From the human T2T-CHM13v2.0 reference genome, Homo sapiens, in NCBI RefSeq assembly GCF_009914755.1, contig NC_060931.1: a stretch of 64,000 bases of DNA. One strand, given 5' to 3'. This document shows positions 12,780 to 26,668 of the stretch, piece by piece. The notes below the pieces were generated by a model. The model made no database searches, was not told the origin of the DNA, and saw only the letters and a list, made by a program, of their open reading frames with translations. The stretch's first letter is position 1; each line of letters opens with the position of its first letter. The translations under genes were made by a program, and so were the position numbers.

Positions 12780-14249
12780 CTGAAAAGAAAGAAACAGATT
12801 TGGATAAATTGAGATTTTTGAATTAACTTTTAACTCAGTCCATGTAGTACTGTTGAACTGTTAGAAGTTCCAGAGAACAACTCATACTGGCAAAGGATTG
12901 TAGCATTCATAAAGTATTTTAATAACTGTCATGCCCTTTGATGTGCTCAATGGCCCACTAAGATGTGTGGAGGAGTTATGAAAGCAGGAGACATTCGGGA
13001 AGGCTCTAACCCCAATGACTGAAATCCTTAGCATAACCATGTAGTGGTTTTTCTTTCTCATGGAAGCAAACATGACTAATAGGCTATGACCACTAGCATC
13101 AAATAAAATATGACAAAGTGATTGTCACCATTCAAAAAAGAGGTTACACGTCTGTAACCAAGGAAGTGAAAACAGATAGAAAAAGCAAATTCTCTGTGCG
13201 ACAAGGATTATTGGCCAAACTTCTGGTTCATAACTCTTTTTGTTATATATACAAACAAAAACAGTTACAAAGCAGGATTTGTATTATATATATGTGTGTG
13301 TGTGTGTATATATATATATATGCATATATACACAAAAGCAGGGCTTTAGTTATATACATAAAATGTGGAGAGAAACACTATATTATATAAAATCTCTATC
13401 AATAATTTGAGGAAAAACTAGTCCCTTTCTATCCCAAATATGACAAAAGAAAGTTCTGGTGGATGTTATCAGAGCATGTGATTTCAGTGCCAGGCAAAGT
13501 TATGAAAAGGATAGAACCCCACACAGCCCTGTCCTCACTTGCTGAAACAGTCTCCTAGTTGTTGCTTCAGGGCTGGACTGTAATCTCTGAAGAACATCCC
13601 TTTGTGCTCACCTCACTGCCACACAAAGACCAGCCCAAAAGCCATGTCTCTTCATAGCACAAAGAATCCAAGTTTTGGCAGAGGTCTGAAAACAGTGTGG
13701 TTGATAGGCACCTAGTACTTAGTGTTATATTTGAAAGGCAATATTATAGAGTTTAAGAGTTTAGCTCAGAAGTCAGATACCCTGGTTCCTAGCTTGCTTC
13801 TTCACCAGTGGTTACCTGACTGAAACATGAGACACATGTGGGGCAGAGCTGAGTCAACCTGCACAGCGCACCCAGGGCCAGGCTCCATCAGATCACAGCC
13901 AGACCAGAGCAAGTCCTGCCAATATCAGCAGAGCTCACTATCAAGACGTGTGAGCAATATGCATATTGTTAAATGCCAGGGAGGTTTTTGGATGTTTTTT
14001 TACTTAGCATTATTGTGGTAACAGAAAGCAGATGAACCAGGGAGAGGACTGTTTTACAAAGATCTTATACTTCTGCCAATAGCAACCATTCCCTATGCTT
14101 CCTTCTTTTTATTTTGAGAGCCTTCCTACATATTGTGAATGAAACAATCATGATTATGCTTTTTATAAAAATTCTCCTGGGAAGTGGTGAGGAAGCATCT
14201 TTGCTAAGGCTTCACCTCCTCCCTCCTTCTCCATGTACTGTCCACTCAC

Positions 14250-14410
14250 CTTATTGGGTAAAACTGTATCAATTTCCTTCTGCACTTTCTGCTGGACATC
14301 AGGGTGAGTGGCCAGTTCATATATAATGAAGGAGAGAACACTGCTCGTGGTTTCATAGCCAGCAAAAATAAAGATAATTGATTGGGCCATGAGCTCCAGA
14401 TCAGACAGAG
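14250..14410 (-). CDS. CYP3A7: CYP3A7 exon 10 (I-helix AGYETTS)
   Basis: 161 nt, AG/GT flanks; matches ORF 14163-14390. Confidence 0.97.
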
Positions 14411-14994
14411 CTGAAAGGAGAGAAAAGACATTTTAGGTAAATCAGGTCAATGTAGGGCATCACAGTTTAGATGAAAAGAAATCTAAGTGGAACCTTCAAA
14501 TCCCCAGGGGAAAAAATAGAAAAGCAATTCAGAGTCTCACTGGGGGTGGTTTCACTCTGATGTGTGTCTTACAGAGCCAGAACAAGGCAAATCATTTTAA
14601 TCCAGTTTTCCCCCAATGTCTTCAAGAACGTAGACCATCCGCTCCTCCTCGTGCCATCCCTGCCACCTTCACAGCTGGGTAATTTCCAGAGAGAACATTT
14701 CTGCATAACATACTCAGTGTCATGGTGTGCTCCTTGAATGATCCTAAAAGTACTTTATTGTAAATTAATATGGGGTAGTCTTCTCTCCCAAGAAAAATGT
14801 AATTCATTTTAGCTACAATATACCTTGACAAACTTTGAGAGAATTTGCAACATTAATGGCTAGATGTATGGAAAATTAAAGGACCTTTCCTTTAGATATG
14901 TTTGAGGGAACTTAAGAGACCAATATTGGAATACAGACCACCTCTTGCTACTCAAAGTGTGGTCCGTGGATCATAAGCATCTGTGACCTTATTA

Positions 14995-15425
<431 letters not shown>

Positions 15426-15896
15426 TTATATCTTTGAGAGGCACCAGGTAATAGACCCAGGCTATAGGTCTCAGAATTGACTATCTCAGGATGTACAGCA
15501 ACTGAAGATGGACAAAAAGCTAGATGAGTGGTGATTGATTGCAGTCTGATGAATGGCATTAAAATGGTATAAGCTCTTGTGATTGCAAGTTGGCCCCTCT
15601 CTTGATTTTTTTCCTGAGAGAAGCTCAGGATGGCCCATCACTGGTCTGTTTGATCAGGACTGGATTAGGACATTTAGAGACCGGGAACACAGAAATAAAT
15701 ATAGTGCCTGTTCCAACCATGTAACTCACCACCAAAACCAATACGAAAGGAGTGTGAGAAATGTCAACAGAGCTGTGATTTACCAGTGAAGATTTCTGTG
15801 ATGCAGTTGTGGGTAAATTCAACTATCTAATAATTGTATTCTGTTACCATGAACCTGATGATACTGATGTGAAACCAAACTATAATCTCAAAGTTT

Positions 15897-16110
15897 AGAG
15901 CTCTGCTGTCCAATGTGGTAGCCACTATTGACATGTGGCTATTTAAAATCAAATTTTATTCAATTAAACTTAAATACAACTTAAAATTTTTCATCAGTGG
16001 CACTAGCCACATGTGCAGTGCTCAATAGCTATATGTGTCTAGTGATTTCTAGATGAAACACTAAAACAGTAGGCTATTTCCTTTATCACAGCAAGTTGTA
16101 TTGGGATAGA
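15897..16110. mobile_element. MER3/MER33-like hAT DNA transposon, followed by (GATA)n to about 16200
   Basis: CTGTCCAAT...GTAGCCACT...CATGTGGCTATTTAAA pattern with an inverted end. Confidence 0.6.
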
Positions 16111-16581
16111 TAGAGAGATGATAGCTAGATAATCAGTAAGTAGATAAATAGATGATTGATGGACAGATGATAGATAGATAGACAGACAGACAGAAGTAGA
16201 TGTAGACATGGACGTATTTAAATCTGTATGCCAAAGTCAGCCTACTCCTGCTCTCTAGAACCAATGATTAAATATTCAGGAATTTTGTGACATGATTGCC
16301 AAATCTTGGTGGCTTGAAACTGAACATGGCCATCATTTTGCCACTCATAGTAACAATGACTTCAGTAAAAATCGTACATGGGTTGTAAAACTGGTAGGTG
16401 AAAGACTGAAGACAAAGGATATTTACACAGTCTCAGAGGTTTTCCAAAAAGTTACTTATCCATTGCAAAGGAAAAAATAACTTCATAGTTGATTAACCTG
16501 GTGAACACACTTTCACCAAAAATTGCCAGTTAAAATCGCCCTTATTTGGATAGCATGGCTCCTGATTAGGTGTTAGATGCA

Positions 16582-16661
16582 TTAAGTTGCTGCAAAAGTA
16601 ATTGCGGTTTTTGCCATTGAAAGCAATCACAAAAATTGCAATTATTTTTGCAGAAACCTAA
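16582..16661. mobile_element. MADE1 mariner-derived MITE (80-bp palindrome)
   Basis: TTAAGTTGCTGCAAAAGTAATTGCGGTTTTTGCCATT...AAAAATTGCAATTATTTTTGCAGAAACCTAA. Confidence 0.9.
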
Positions 16662-16986
16662 TAAATTTCCAGGAAGAAACTTTAATTCTGTGGATCTGGA
16701 GGAGGCTGAGAACTGGCATTTGATCTTATGTAGGTGATCCACAGACTGCTGACTCTTCCTGGCATGCCAGTTTTCCTTAGGGTTGCCCTTTAAGCTTAGA
16801 ACATGGCTATCTATGCCTGCATGCCTCTAGAAGTTGCCTCCAGCTACCATTTTAACATCTAAACCTGTGTCATTCTGCTATGTGGCAGAAATTCTCATCT
16901 ACCTGGAATACTTCCTGCACATTTTCAGAACAAAACCTTCCCTCTGAGTGCCCCACCAGTAGCCCTCAGAAGCACTCTTTTGTTAC

Positions 16987-17053
16987 CTTTGTGGGTCTCA
17001 GAGTCTTTTGAATTCTGAGAGTCAATCATCAGCTGAAGGAAATCCACTCGGTG
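16987..17053 (-). CDS. CYP3A7: CYP3A7 exon 9, [22 protein letters not shown]
   Basis: 67 nt, AG/GT flanks. Confidence 0.96.
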
Positions 17054-18072
17054 CTAGAAGCAAAAAGAGAAATTTTATTGACAGAAAGTGACTCGTGAAG
17101 TCAGAAGTTAATCAGAAGTGCAGTCCTCAACCTCCCTTCTGAGAATATAGCCCCTTGGAGACCAGAAATCTGATGGGTGTTGCCTGAGTCACCAGTGAAA
17201 AGGAATATCCATCTAAATCCTTGGAAAGCAGGATGTTTTCCTGAAACAAATCTGGCTAAAATGTTCAATTGCTTTTTGGTCTTTTCCCTGGTCCTAACTG
17301 CATACCCATGAAGAAGTCCTGGGCCTTTTATTCTTCTGTCTTCTTCATCACCAATGTCCACAAAGATTATTCTCCTGACATTTCCAGAACTTGTCAGCAG
17401 CTTTGGTGGGAGCACTTTCAAATACTGCAACATTCCCCAAATCTGTACAATCTTCAGTGACACCTGGGTTACCCCTTCTTGCCCCCCTGACCTGCAGATA
17501 TCTTTTGGCTGGACTCCAGGGCTCATGAAGGCAAAGCTGAGTTAGCCAGCCTTGCAGCCTCAATTCCCAGAGAAGACCTCTGTTCACTCGAGGCTGTCAG
17601 AGGGCTCAAATGTAACACACACTACACTTCAGCAGGTGGCCTGATAGGACCTTTTGTTGGAGAATGTGTAAAATAATAGCCTTGTACTTGAAATGACTCT
17701 TTACCAATCTATGATCTAGAGAAAGCATAATACCAATAAAATGTATTTCCAAACAGTAATGTTTATCCTTTGACAATTTATTGAAGGGAAGTGCTGTGAT
17801 AAGGTTTTATCTGAATAATATTTATGTCATGGCATACTAATTCTTGTGCCTGATATCAAATTTTAAGTGCTCTCTCTGACTCATTCTCATATCTCCTTCC
17901 TCAAACTCCACTTTCTGCATTCCTACCAAATGAATTATCTTGCTCTAAACATAAGTACTCTTTATGTTAAAATCTTTCTCTAAAAACATACAGGGAAGTG
18001 CACCGATCATATGTATATTTCTAAAAAATTATGAAAACTAAACATCCTCCTATAACTACCACCACGTTTTAC

Positions 18073-18200
18073 CTTTTGTGTCTCTTTGAGGCGACCTTCT
18101 TTTATCTGTTTTACAGATTTTGTTAGAAAACTTATAACTTTTCTTGGAAACACAGTGATATTTAATGCTTCAAGAATTGGGGTAAGGAATGGAAAGACTT
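18073..18200 (-). CDS. CYP3A7: CYP3A7 exon 8, [42 protein letters not shown]
   Basis: 128 nt, AG/GT flanks; within ORF 18007-18249. Confidence 0.97.
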
Positions 18201-18539
18201 CTGTAGAAAAAAAAAACCAACAGAAAACGAAACCATTGTGAACATACAAAATTTACCTGGAGCAATTCTAATTTTCTCTACCAATCAGAAGAGTGAAATA
18301 CATCAGTGTTCTCAACTGGAAGCCATTCCTTCTATGACTTTTGCCCCTCTTCCAGGCCAGTGGCTGAGCAAGGGAAGGTCTGTGCATAGGGACCACCACT
18401 ACAGCAGTGAGATCAGCAGCCCCTTCTGCATCTTTTGAATGATGAAAGGAACAAAATTCAATGCCCTAATCTCTTTGCCTTTATGTATTGGGCTAGGGTC
18501 TCTTAGGATAACCCAAATCATAATTTGCTGCTTAAATTA

Positions 18540-19240
18540 ATCATGCTCTTCAAGAAATCAGATAGAAATAACACAGTGTATCTCTGTCACCTATCATAGG
18601 ATAAAGCTAAAATCAATAAGGTAACGAAAATTGGGAAACTCACACATACGTGGAAGTTAAACAATAAACTTTTAAGCAACCAATAAGTTGAAGTAGAAAT
18701 TAAAAGGGCAAATAGAAACTGTTTTGAGCTGAGCAAAAATTAAGATGTGATAGGCCAGAATGTCATGTTATTTAGCAAACAAGTGCCCAGAGGGAAATTT
18801 ATAGTTGTAATGTCTAAATTTAGAGGAAAAAAACCCACAAATCAATAATCTACATTCATGCCACAACACAGTAAACGGAGAAGGGCAAACTAAGCCTGAA
18901 GCCAGCAGAAGAAAGAAAATAATACAGACTAAAGTACAAATTCATGAACTAGAGAATTAAAAAAACCCTGAAAAATTAATATCATTTCTATGAAGTGTCC
19001 AGAATAGGCAAATCTATAGATGCAGAAAGTTGACTAGTGGTTATATACGACAACAGGATTTCTGGCAGGGGGTTGATAGCTAAACATGTATGAGGTTTCT
19101 AGAATGACAGAAGTGTTTTAAAGTTTACAATGGTGATGGTCGTACATATCTTCAAATGTACTACAAACCATTAAACTGTACATTTTAAGTGGATGAATTA
19201 CATGGTGATTTACATCTCAATAAAGCAGTTATTTTTAAGA
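18540..19240 (+). mobile_element. Ancient L1M fragments in intron 7
   Basis: Degenerate L1 ORF2 and 3'UTR motifs (GAGGGAAATTTATAG; GTGAATTACATCTCAATAAAGC-like end). Confidence 0.6.
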
Positions 19241-19275
19241 GAGAGGGAGAGAAAAGGAAATAGTAGTCCACATAC

Positions 19276-19424
19276 TTATTGAGAGAACGAATGGATCTAA
19301 TGGATTAAATCTTAAAAGCTTCTTGGTGTTTTCCACAAAGGGGTCTTGTGGATTGTTGAGAGAGTCGATGCTCACTCCAAATGATGTGCTAGTGATCACA
19401 TCCATGCTGTAGGCCCCAAAGACG
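19276..19424 (-). CDS. CYP3A7: CYP3A7 exon 7, [16 protein letters not shown]...[12 protein letters not shown]
   Basis: 149 nt, AG/GT flanks. Confidence 0.96.
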
Positions 19425-20693
19425 CTGAGTGGAGAAAGATGTGGAAAATTAAAATCAGCACCTCTTTACCATCCTTCCTCTATGCGTGCAGCAGGAAATC
19501 CACATGTCCAGTCAAGACAGACAAACAGCCACAGACTTTCAGAACTATTTACTGGAGCATCTCCCATCACACTCCCTCAGAAGGTGATTATCAGGTGTCA
19601 GTGACACAGCTGGCTCTCCGCTGGGGGTGATGGAGACACTCAACTGAGTTAGACTTACCTCTGAGGTCAAGGAGCCTAGTCATAGAAAGACAGAGATCCA
19701 CTATCAGACAACTGCAGTAGCATGTGTTAATTGTGGATGATACAAGATGGGTAAGCACTGTGCTTCAGCAGAACAAGAGTAGAAAAATTCACTCTTTCTA
19801 AGGGGCTCAAGACAGGTGACATTGCCTGACTACAGACTCTATGCCCAGAGCCGATTCCTCTTCAGCACTTTACAAAGCAACAGTACCATGTCCTGAGCTC
19901 CTAGAAATATCATCCTTATTCTCTATACTCCCTGCTCAAGCTTTGGAAAATTCCACTATCCCCAGCTGTGGTGAGCTGAGGTTGCCCTGATGGCAGAATT
20001 ATTTTTGTAAAATATAATGACAAATGATGTCCTGGTTAAAAAAAACTCTCAAAATTTGATTTGGAAACTTCTATAGTGAGTGACCACATATCCCCTGTCT
20101 GCCCAGGACAGGCTCAGATTACACCTGTTGTTCCTGCATAAGTGTAGACAGCAAATAATAGGCTTGCCCCACCTATAGCGTTTTTACCACCCTCTCTCTT
20201 TGAGACTGGAGGAAAAAGAAATGGTGGGAATGTTTAATATTTAGTATTCTACTGATACCCTCAGAAAAAAAACATGAAATGATCAAAGTTATTCTAAGTT
20301 CTCCATTATAACTTTCCCACCCTACTCACTGCCAACCAACAGATACCAAGTGCCTTCCCCTTCCACCATCCCATACACTCCATGCTTAAAACTTTGATAC
20401 AATCACACTTTTCCCCCTAAAGGATGTATTTAGTCCTCCAGAATATCCAAGGTGACAATTTAACAGATATGTAAACCCTGACCTCTGTGCACAGGGGAGA
20501 AGATCCTTTTCCTCCAGCTGCCCCACCTCCTCATCGGAGCTGCCCCATCTTGGGAGACCCATTGAAGTTGCATTACCACAGCCCTCCTTTTGTCTGGTCA
20601 CTGGAATAACCCAACAGCGGGAGTATCAGCTCCATAGCAGGCAGCTGGAGGGGCTCATGACAGCTCAGAACCCCATGGCTGTGCTCCTACTTA

Positions 20694-20783
<90 letters not shown>

Positions 20784-21040
20784 CTAAGCACAAAACACAA
20801 CACCACCCATAGTTAAATGTGCAGACATAAGTCCCAGAAGGACATGACTTTGCCTGGCATGGAACAATAAGTGACATTGTATAATGAATTTTATGATGTG
20901 TTTTCTGTACATAAAAAGACTATTTTTAGGAAGCTCAAATTCAGCAGACTACTCCTCGGAAAGGAACTCTGATCTTACTTTCTACCTGTCCCCACCTGAT
21001 TCATTCTTTAAGTTTCTAATTAAAACCCAAGTTATTTTCA

Positions 21041-21157
<117 letters not shown>

Positions 21158-21585
21158 CTAGAGTTCAAAGTAGAAAGATTTTGTCCTACATCAGTTGTGG
21201 AGGTCTCCATGGTTGTAGAAAATGTGTTAAACAGGCATCATGTATTTAACAAATATTTAGTGACTGTCTACTAAGTGACAGGCCCTATGACAGATGCTCA
21301 ATAGGATTTATCCCACATGCCCAGCCACCTGATGTGGTCTCCAGCCTGTATATCCCAGTCTCCTTTTACATGCAAATTCTCCACATGGTACGGAACCTGT
21401 TCTTCCACTGGAATAGACAGGATCAACACCTAGCACGCGTGCAGTGTAGAGAGAGAGTGGAGACAGAGAGGCAGGTGGCTTTGTTGGACTGTATGTTGCC
21501 TCAGACGAGCTCTGTCTTTATGTTCACCTAAACCATGGGCAACATGAAAAAGAGGTGCCTTGATGTGGTAGATTTAAAAAAATAT

Positions 21586-21793
21586 ACAATGAGAACACAT
21601 GGACACAGGAAGGGGAACATCACACACTGGGGCCTGTTGTGGGGTGGGGAGAGGGGGGAAGGATAGCATTAGGAGTTATACCTAATGTTAAATGATGAGT
21701 TAATGAGTACAGCACACCAACATGGCACATGCATACATATGTAACAAACCCGCACGTTGTGCACATGTACCCTAAAAAAAGTATAATAAAAAA
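21586..21793 (+). mobile_element. L1PA 3' end (about 200 bp)
   Basis: ACAATGAGAACACATGGACACAGG...AGTATAATAAAAAA. Confidence 0.9.
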
Positions 21794-22009
21794 GGTAGGT
21801 AATACTTTTAAAACTCACAACGTATTTTGAAGAAATAATGCGATTCTATTAACATTCTTTCCTCTTAATTTTTTATTCCATGGATAGAAAAAAAGAAGAA
21901 AGAGATAATTATTTTTGCCAGCTTGGATCTGGCCTATCAAGCCAGCATGCTTGAAACTCTCTTTCATCTTCCACAGCCATATTTTGTTTTATAATGAGTA
22001 CTTACAGTA

Positions 22010-23800
22010 CTCTTTTATGTTAAAAATTCAGCAAACTAGGGAGAGAAAATTCCTCCATTTGATAAAGAGAATCTACAAAAAAACCCACTTCATCTAAATC
22101 ATTCTTGATGATGAAAGACCAAATGCTTCCTTCCTAATATTAGGAACAATTCAAAAATTCAACACATTTATTTGACATTATACTGGGAAAAAGAATTAAA
22201 AGGCATACAGATTGGAAAGGAAATAAAAGAATTGTCTCTATTTTCAAGTGACATAATTGTCAATGTATAAAATCTCAAGAATATACAAAAAGACTTCTAG
22301 AAATACTAAGTCAGCTCTGCAAGGTTCTATGATACAAGATCAACAAACAAAAGCCAAGCATGTTTCTATGTACCAACAATCAATATCTGAAAATACAAGA
22401 AAAACATAATATCATTTACAATCACTCCAACAAAAATGAAATACTTTAGCTGTAAATCCAACAAAACATGCACAGGATCTCTATGCTGAAAACTACAAAT
22501 TGCTAAAAGCAATCAGAGAAAATCTAAGGAAATGGAGAGGCATACTATGTTCATGAATTGAAAGACCAAACATAGTGAAGATAAAGACTTTCCCTAAATT
22601 GATCTATACATTTAATTCAATTCTTGTTAAAATAACAGCATGTTTATTTATAGACACTGAGAGACTCATTCTGAATTTTTATGGAAAAGCAGAGGACCAG
22701 GAAGAGCTAAAACAAATCTGAAAAAATACATCCATAAAAGTGGGAAGAATCACTCTACATGATGCTAAGAGTTACTGTACAGGTATTAGAGTCACCAGTT
22801 TGTTGTTGGTGGAGGAATAAACACAGTGATCAATGGGACAGAATAGCAAATGAAAGATGCAAAGAAACATGCCCAATTAATTTTTAACAATATGCCCACA
22901 TTTCCAAAAATGGCTTTGGAACAACTGGACAACTACAAGCCACAAAAAATGAACGTTGATCTAAATCTCATACCTTATACAAAAAATAACACAAAATAGA
23001 TAGTAGAGTTACATTTAGTAAAGCATTAAACTTTATGACTTTTAGAAAAATTGGCAATATAGGAAGGAGGGCTAGGCAAAGAACTTTCAGACTTGACACC
23101 AAAAGCACAATCCATAAAAAAATATTAATACATTGGCCTCCTCAAAATAAAAAAAGTTTTCCCTGATAAAGACCCTCTCAGAGAAAAACACTCGTGACTG
23201 TAGGATAGTAGCAGGGAGCCATACGGAGATGGAATGGGTCTGCATCTTGATCATGCTGGTCATTGCACAAATCTACAAATGTGATAAATTTGCATAGAAC
23301 TACCCACACACTCAAGACCAGCCTGGCCAATAAGGTGAAACCTCGTCTCTACTAAAAATACAAAAATTAGTAGGGCGTGGTGGTGCAACTTGTAGTCCCA
23401 GCTACTCGGGAGGTGGAGGCAGAAGAATCACTTGAACCCTGGAGGTGGAGGTTGCAGTGAGCCAAGACCACACCACTGTACTCCCATTTGGGTGACAGAG
23501 TGTGACTCAGTCCGAAAAACAAACAACAAACAACAAACAAAAACAAAAACAAAAAACTACCCACACAAATGAGGGCACATAAAACTGGTGAAATCTGAAT
23601 AAACTCTGTGAACTGTATCAATGTTAATTTCCTGTACTGCAGTAATGTGAATATACTGTATTTATAGTTATGCAAGATTGCAAGATGTTACCATGGGGGA
23701 TGGGCAGGATGAAGTGTACATGGAACCTTCCTGCACAGTTTTTAGGCAACTGTCTATGAATATATAAGAATTTTAAAATAAAAATTTAATCAATCAATGA
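22010..23800 (+). mobile_element. Ancient L1M fragments with a partial Alu (about 23312-23560)
   Basis: Degenerate L1 ORF2 sequence; Alu right arm with a (CAAA)n tail. Confidence 0.7.
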
Positions 23801-23830
23801 GTATTTTAATTTCAAAAAATGGATGCTTAC

Positions 23831-23930
23831 CCTCCGGTTTGTGAAGACAGAATAACATTCTTTCACTAGCACTGTTTTGATCATGTCGGGATCTGTGATA
23901 GCCAGCATAGGCTGTTGACAGTCATAAATA
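23831..23930 (-). CDS. CYP3A7: CYP3A7 exon 4, [33 protein letters not shown]
   Basis: 100 nt, AG/GT flanks. Confidence 0.96.
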
Positions 23931-25237
23931 CTGTGTGGAGAAAACAGAGTTGATTAAACATCAACAGCCTTATGCTACAGCTGGAGCCAAACCCAGGAAG
24001 CCAGACTTTGATCCGGACATTACATAATCCTCTAGATGTACAATACACAGTAATCTTAAGTTCTAGTTCATTAGGTATAACTCACAGCAAGAGTCTGACA
24101 CAGGAGCCATCCAAGTCTTCATACGATGAAGGGTAATGTGGGCCAAACAGGGAAGAGAGATTGAAAGACAAAAGAGCTCTTCAAAGAGATTGTGGTTAGA
24201 AATGACAGGAGAGCATTTGTTAAGCTGGGTGGTGCATACATGGGTATTTCCCATGCCATTCTCCACAATGTTTCATAGGTTTAAAATATTTCCCTTTATA
24301 AAGAGTATTAGGTCCATGGAAAATTGAAGGCAAGTAAATCATCAAATGCTCACAAGGACTAAATGTTTCAAGGGCAGTTGCTGTGGGGCCCAAGGACATC
24401 CAGAGCTGTGTGTCCTTTCTACTCAGTCATGTTGCCTGTATGGGCCATGCCAGATCCACAGCACCCTGCAGACAGCACTGTGGTTTCTGAGGACTTGATG
24501 AGAGAAGATGAAATACAAACAGGCAAAACCTTCTCCCTAATGCTTCTAGTGAACGAACACACCACTGCACCTCTTCCACCGCTCTTGCCAAACCTCTAGC
24601 CCCTCTGACAGGGAACAGCTGCTGCAGTTGGCTGAGGCCACCTTATAAAATCACAGTCCATCAGCCCACCAGGGAACACAATGGTTTAAGAATATTCAGC
24701 ATCTCTTCAAATTCAGCAGAAATGTATAGACAAAGATGTATTTATATATCCTTCTATTAAAAAGTCTTGGCTTAAAGTTAATAATAAAACAGAATGAAAA
24801 ATTCCACACTTACATAGAAAGTTTAAAAAAAAGAAACAGCAGAGCATGGTTTCCCAATCTGTTTCTCTATATTTCTCAACCCTTCTTTCAAAAGCATGTT
24901 AAATCCAAAGTTGAAATGAAAGAGTTTTGGCTTTTAATTGAAAGTGAATCGATGTGGGAAGGAGATGATGCCATGCATTTATGAGCACATATTCGAAGGG
25001 TCTGAGACAATGCATGTGATAAAAGGGCATCAAGGGAAGAAAAAAAGAAGAGGGGAATAGGCAGACACTGGACAGAACGTGATGCTGGGAGTCCCTGGGC
25101 CACCAAAGCTTGGAGAAAAGTGGTAACCACAATGGTCTCAGCCTAGTTTAGACCGAAGACCTCAACACCTGGTGACATATGGGATCCTTGGTAGGACAAA
25201 TCTCAAAAAGTTGTTTTACAATAGCGAGTGTGAACAT

Positions 25238-25710
25238 TGTGAGAACCAAAATTATGACACGTGTGTGTGTGTGTGTGTCAGTGTGTCTGTGTGCCTATGT
25301 GTGTGATTAAAAACCTTGACAAATAAATCAAAGAAGGCTATGATGAGTGGATTCTCATGCTTGTGTGCCTGATAACAAAACTATCACAAAACACTTGGCA
25401 AAACCACCAGCTTGCAGAAAGCCCAACCCAACCTTACACAAAAATATTTCTGCAAGGACACCTGCCCAGCAACTGCCTGTCCAACCTTGGTGTGGCATCA
25501 CCCTTGTTACTGATCTTTGTAGTGAAGGAGAACTATTTCAAAATCCACATGAAGTCCTCCTCATATTTTCTGTGGAACATCTTTGTCTTCCTTTACCTCC
25601 CTGAATTTGCACATAGCTTATAATGGCACACAGTTTCCCATTCTAATACTCTTCTCCCAAATACATATCTTCTTCTTTCAGAAAACCTCTCTGTTTGTAG
25701 TTAGGCTGGC
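25238..25710 (+). mobile_element. ERV1 solo LTR (MER34/MER39-like) containing (TG)n
   Basis: TG...CA ends and the CTGCCCAGCAACTGCCTGTCCAACCT motif; subfamily assigned from memory. Confidence 0.55.
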
Positions 25711-25815
25711 AAGAGCTTCATCGCAAGAGGCTCTGGGCTGAGACTATCCTCTGTGCAGTGGGGTAAACTCATCATAGAAACAAGTCTATCCAATGGAATC
25801 TTCCAGAATACTCAC

Positions 25816-25868
25816 CCCCAGACTTTTCTATACTTTTTATAACATTCCATGTCAAACGTCCAATAGCC
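25816..25868 (-). CDS. CYP3A7: CYP3A7 exon 3, [18 protein letters not shown]
   Basis: 53 nt, AG/GT flanks. Confidence 0.96.
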
Positions 25869-26668
25869 CTGGGAGGAGAAACAAAATAATATTTCATTAT
25901 TATTTTAAGTGTACTTAACCCTGCCTCTAATTGGGGTTGAAAACAGTCAAATCCAATGAAATTAGACTTGCTGGCAGTTAGAGGAAGCTTATTTAGAGAT
26001 GTCATAAGAGAAAGGAAACAAAATAGAGGAGGTATTTGAAATGGGAAATTTAAAATCACTCTTGAATTTTCTTTAAGTGTTGTCGATACTGAATGTCTTA
26101 TCCTTGTGTATAAATACTAAGTAACTCCTTGTCTTTCTGATGTCTCTTTGCTTTTTCATGTGTTGTCTCTAAAATCTCATAAATCCTTGAATGATCACCT
26201 CTAGGGGCATGTGGAGAAACTGAGGCTGAGGGAATGTGAGTGAGCGCCAGAAGGGAACGTGCAGTCTTTTTTCTCTTTGTTCTTCATCCTTTTCATTTAT
26301 TTCATGAGCTCACTCTAGAATTCTAGCAGAATTAGAAAGTTACAGACACCAGGGACCTCTTTTAGCCTAGCAGATTTAGATAAGTGTGAGGCATGTTTGT
26401 TGAGTGAGAAAATGAGTGAGTGACAGAATGACAAAGTGGACTCGCTTTCCAGTTTTCCAGCTTAACATGAAAGTTCTGAGAAAATGTCACCTCTACACAT
26501 CGGAGACAGAAAATTATGACACTTGCTCCGAGTTTGCACTGAAACTTAAAAAAAAACCTTCCTGTTTCTACATTTCAGGGGTGAAGTTTTAACTATGGAA
26601 AAGAAGGTCCGAGGAATGTGTATCTTGGGGGTACATCTACTAAAGATTTGACATGGGAAAGTGGTGGG

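Noticed and set aside
11920-13335. CT-rich tract and (TA)n/(TG)n repeats in introns 11 and 10
   Set aside because: Ordinary low-complexity and microsatellite sequence.
17101-17526. 141-aa minus-strand ORF in intron 8
   Set aside because: No recognisable domain, compatible with chance, and no supporting exon signals.
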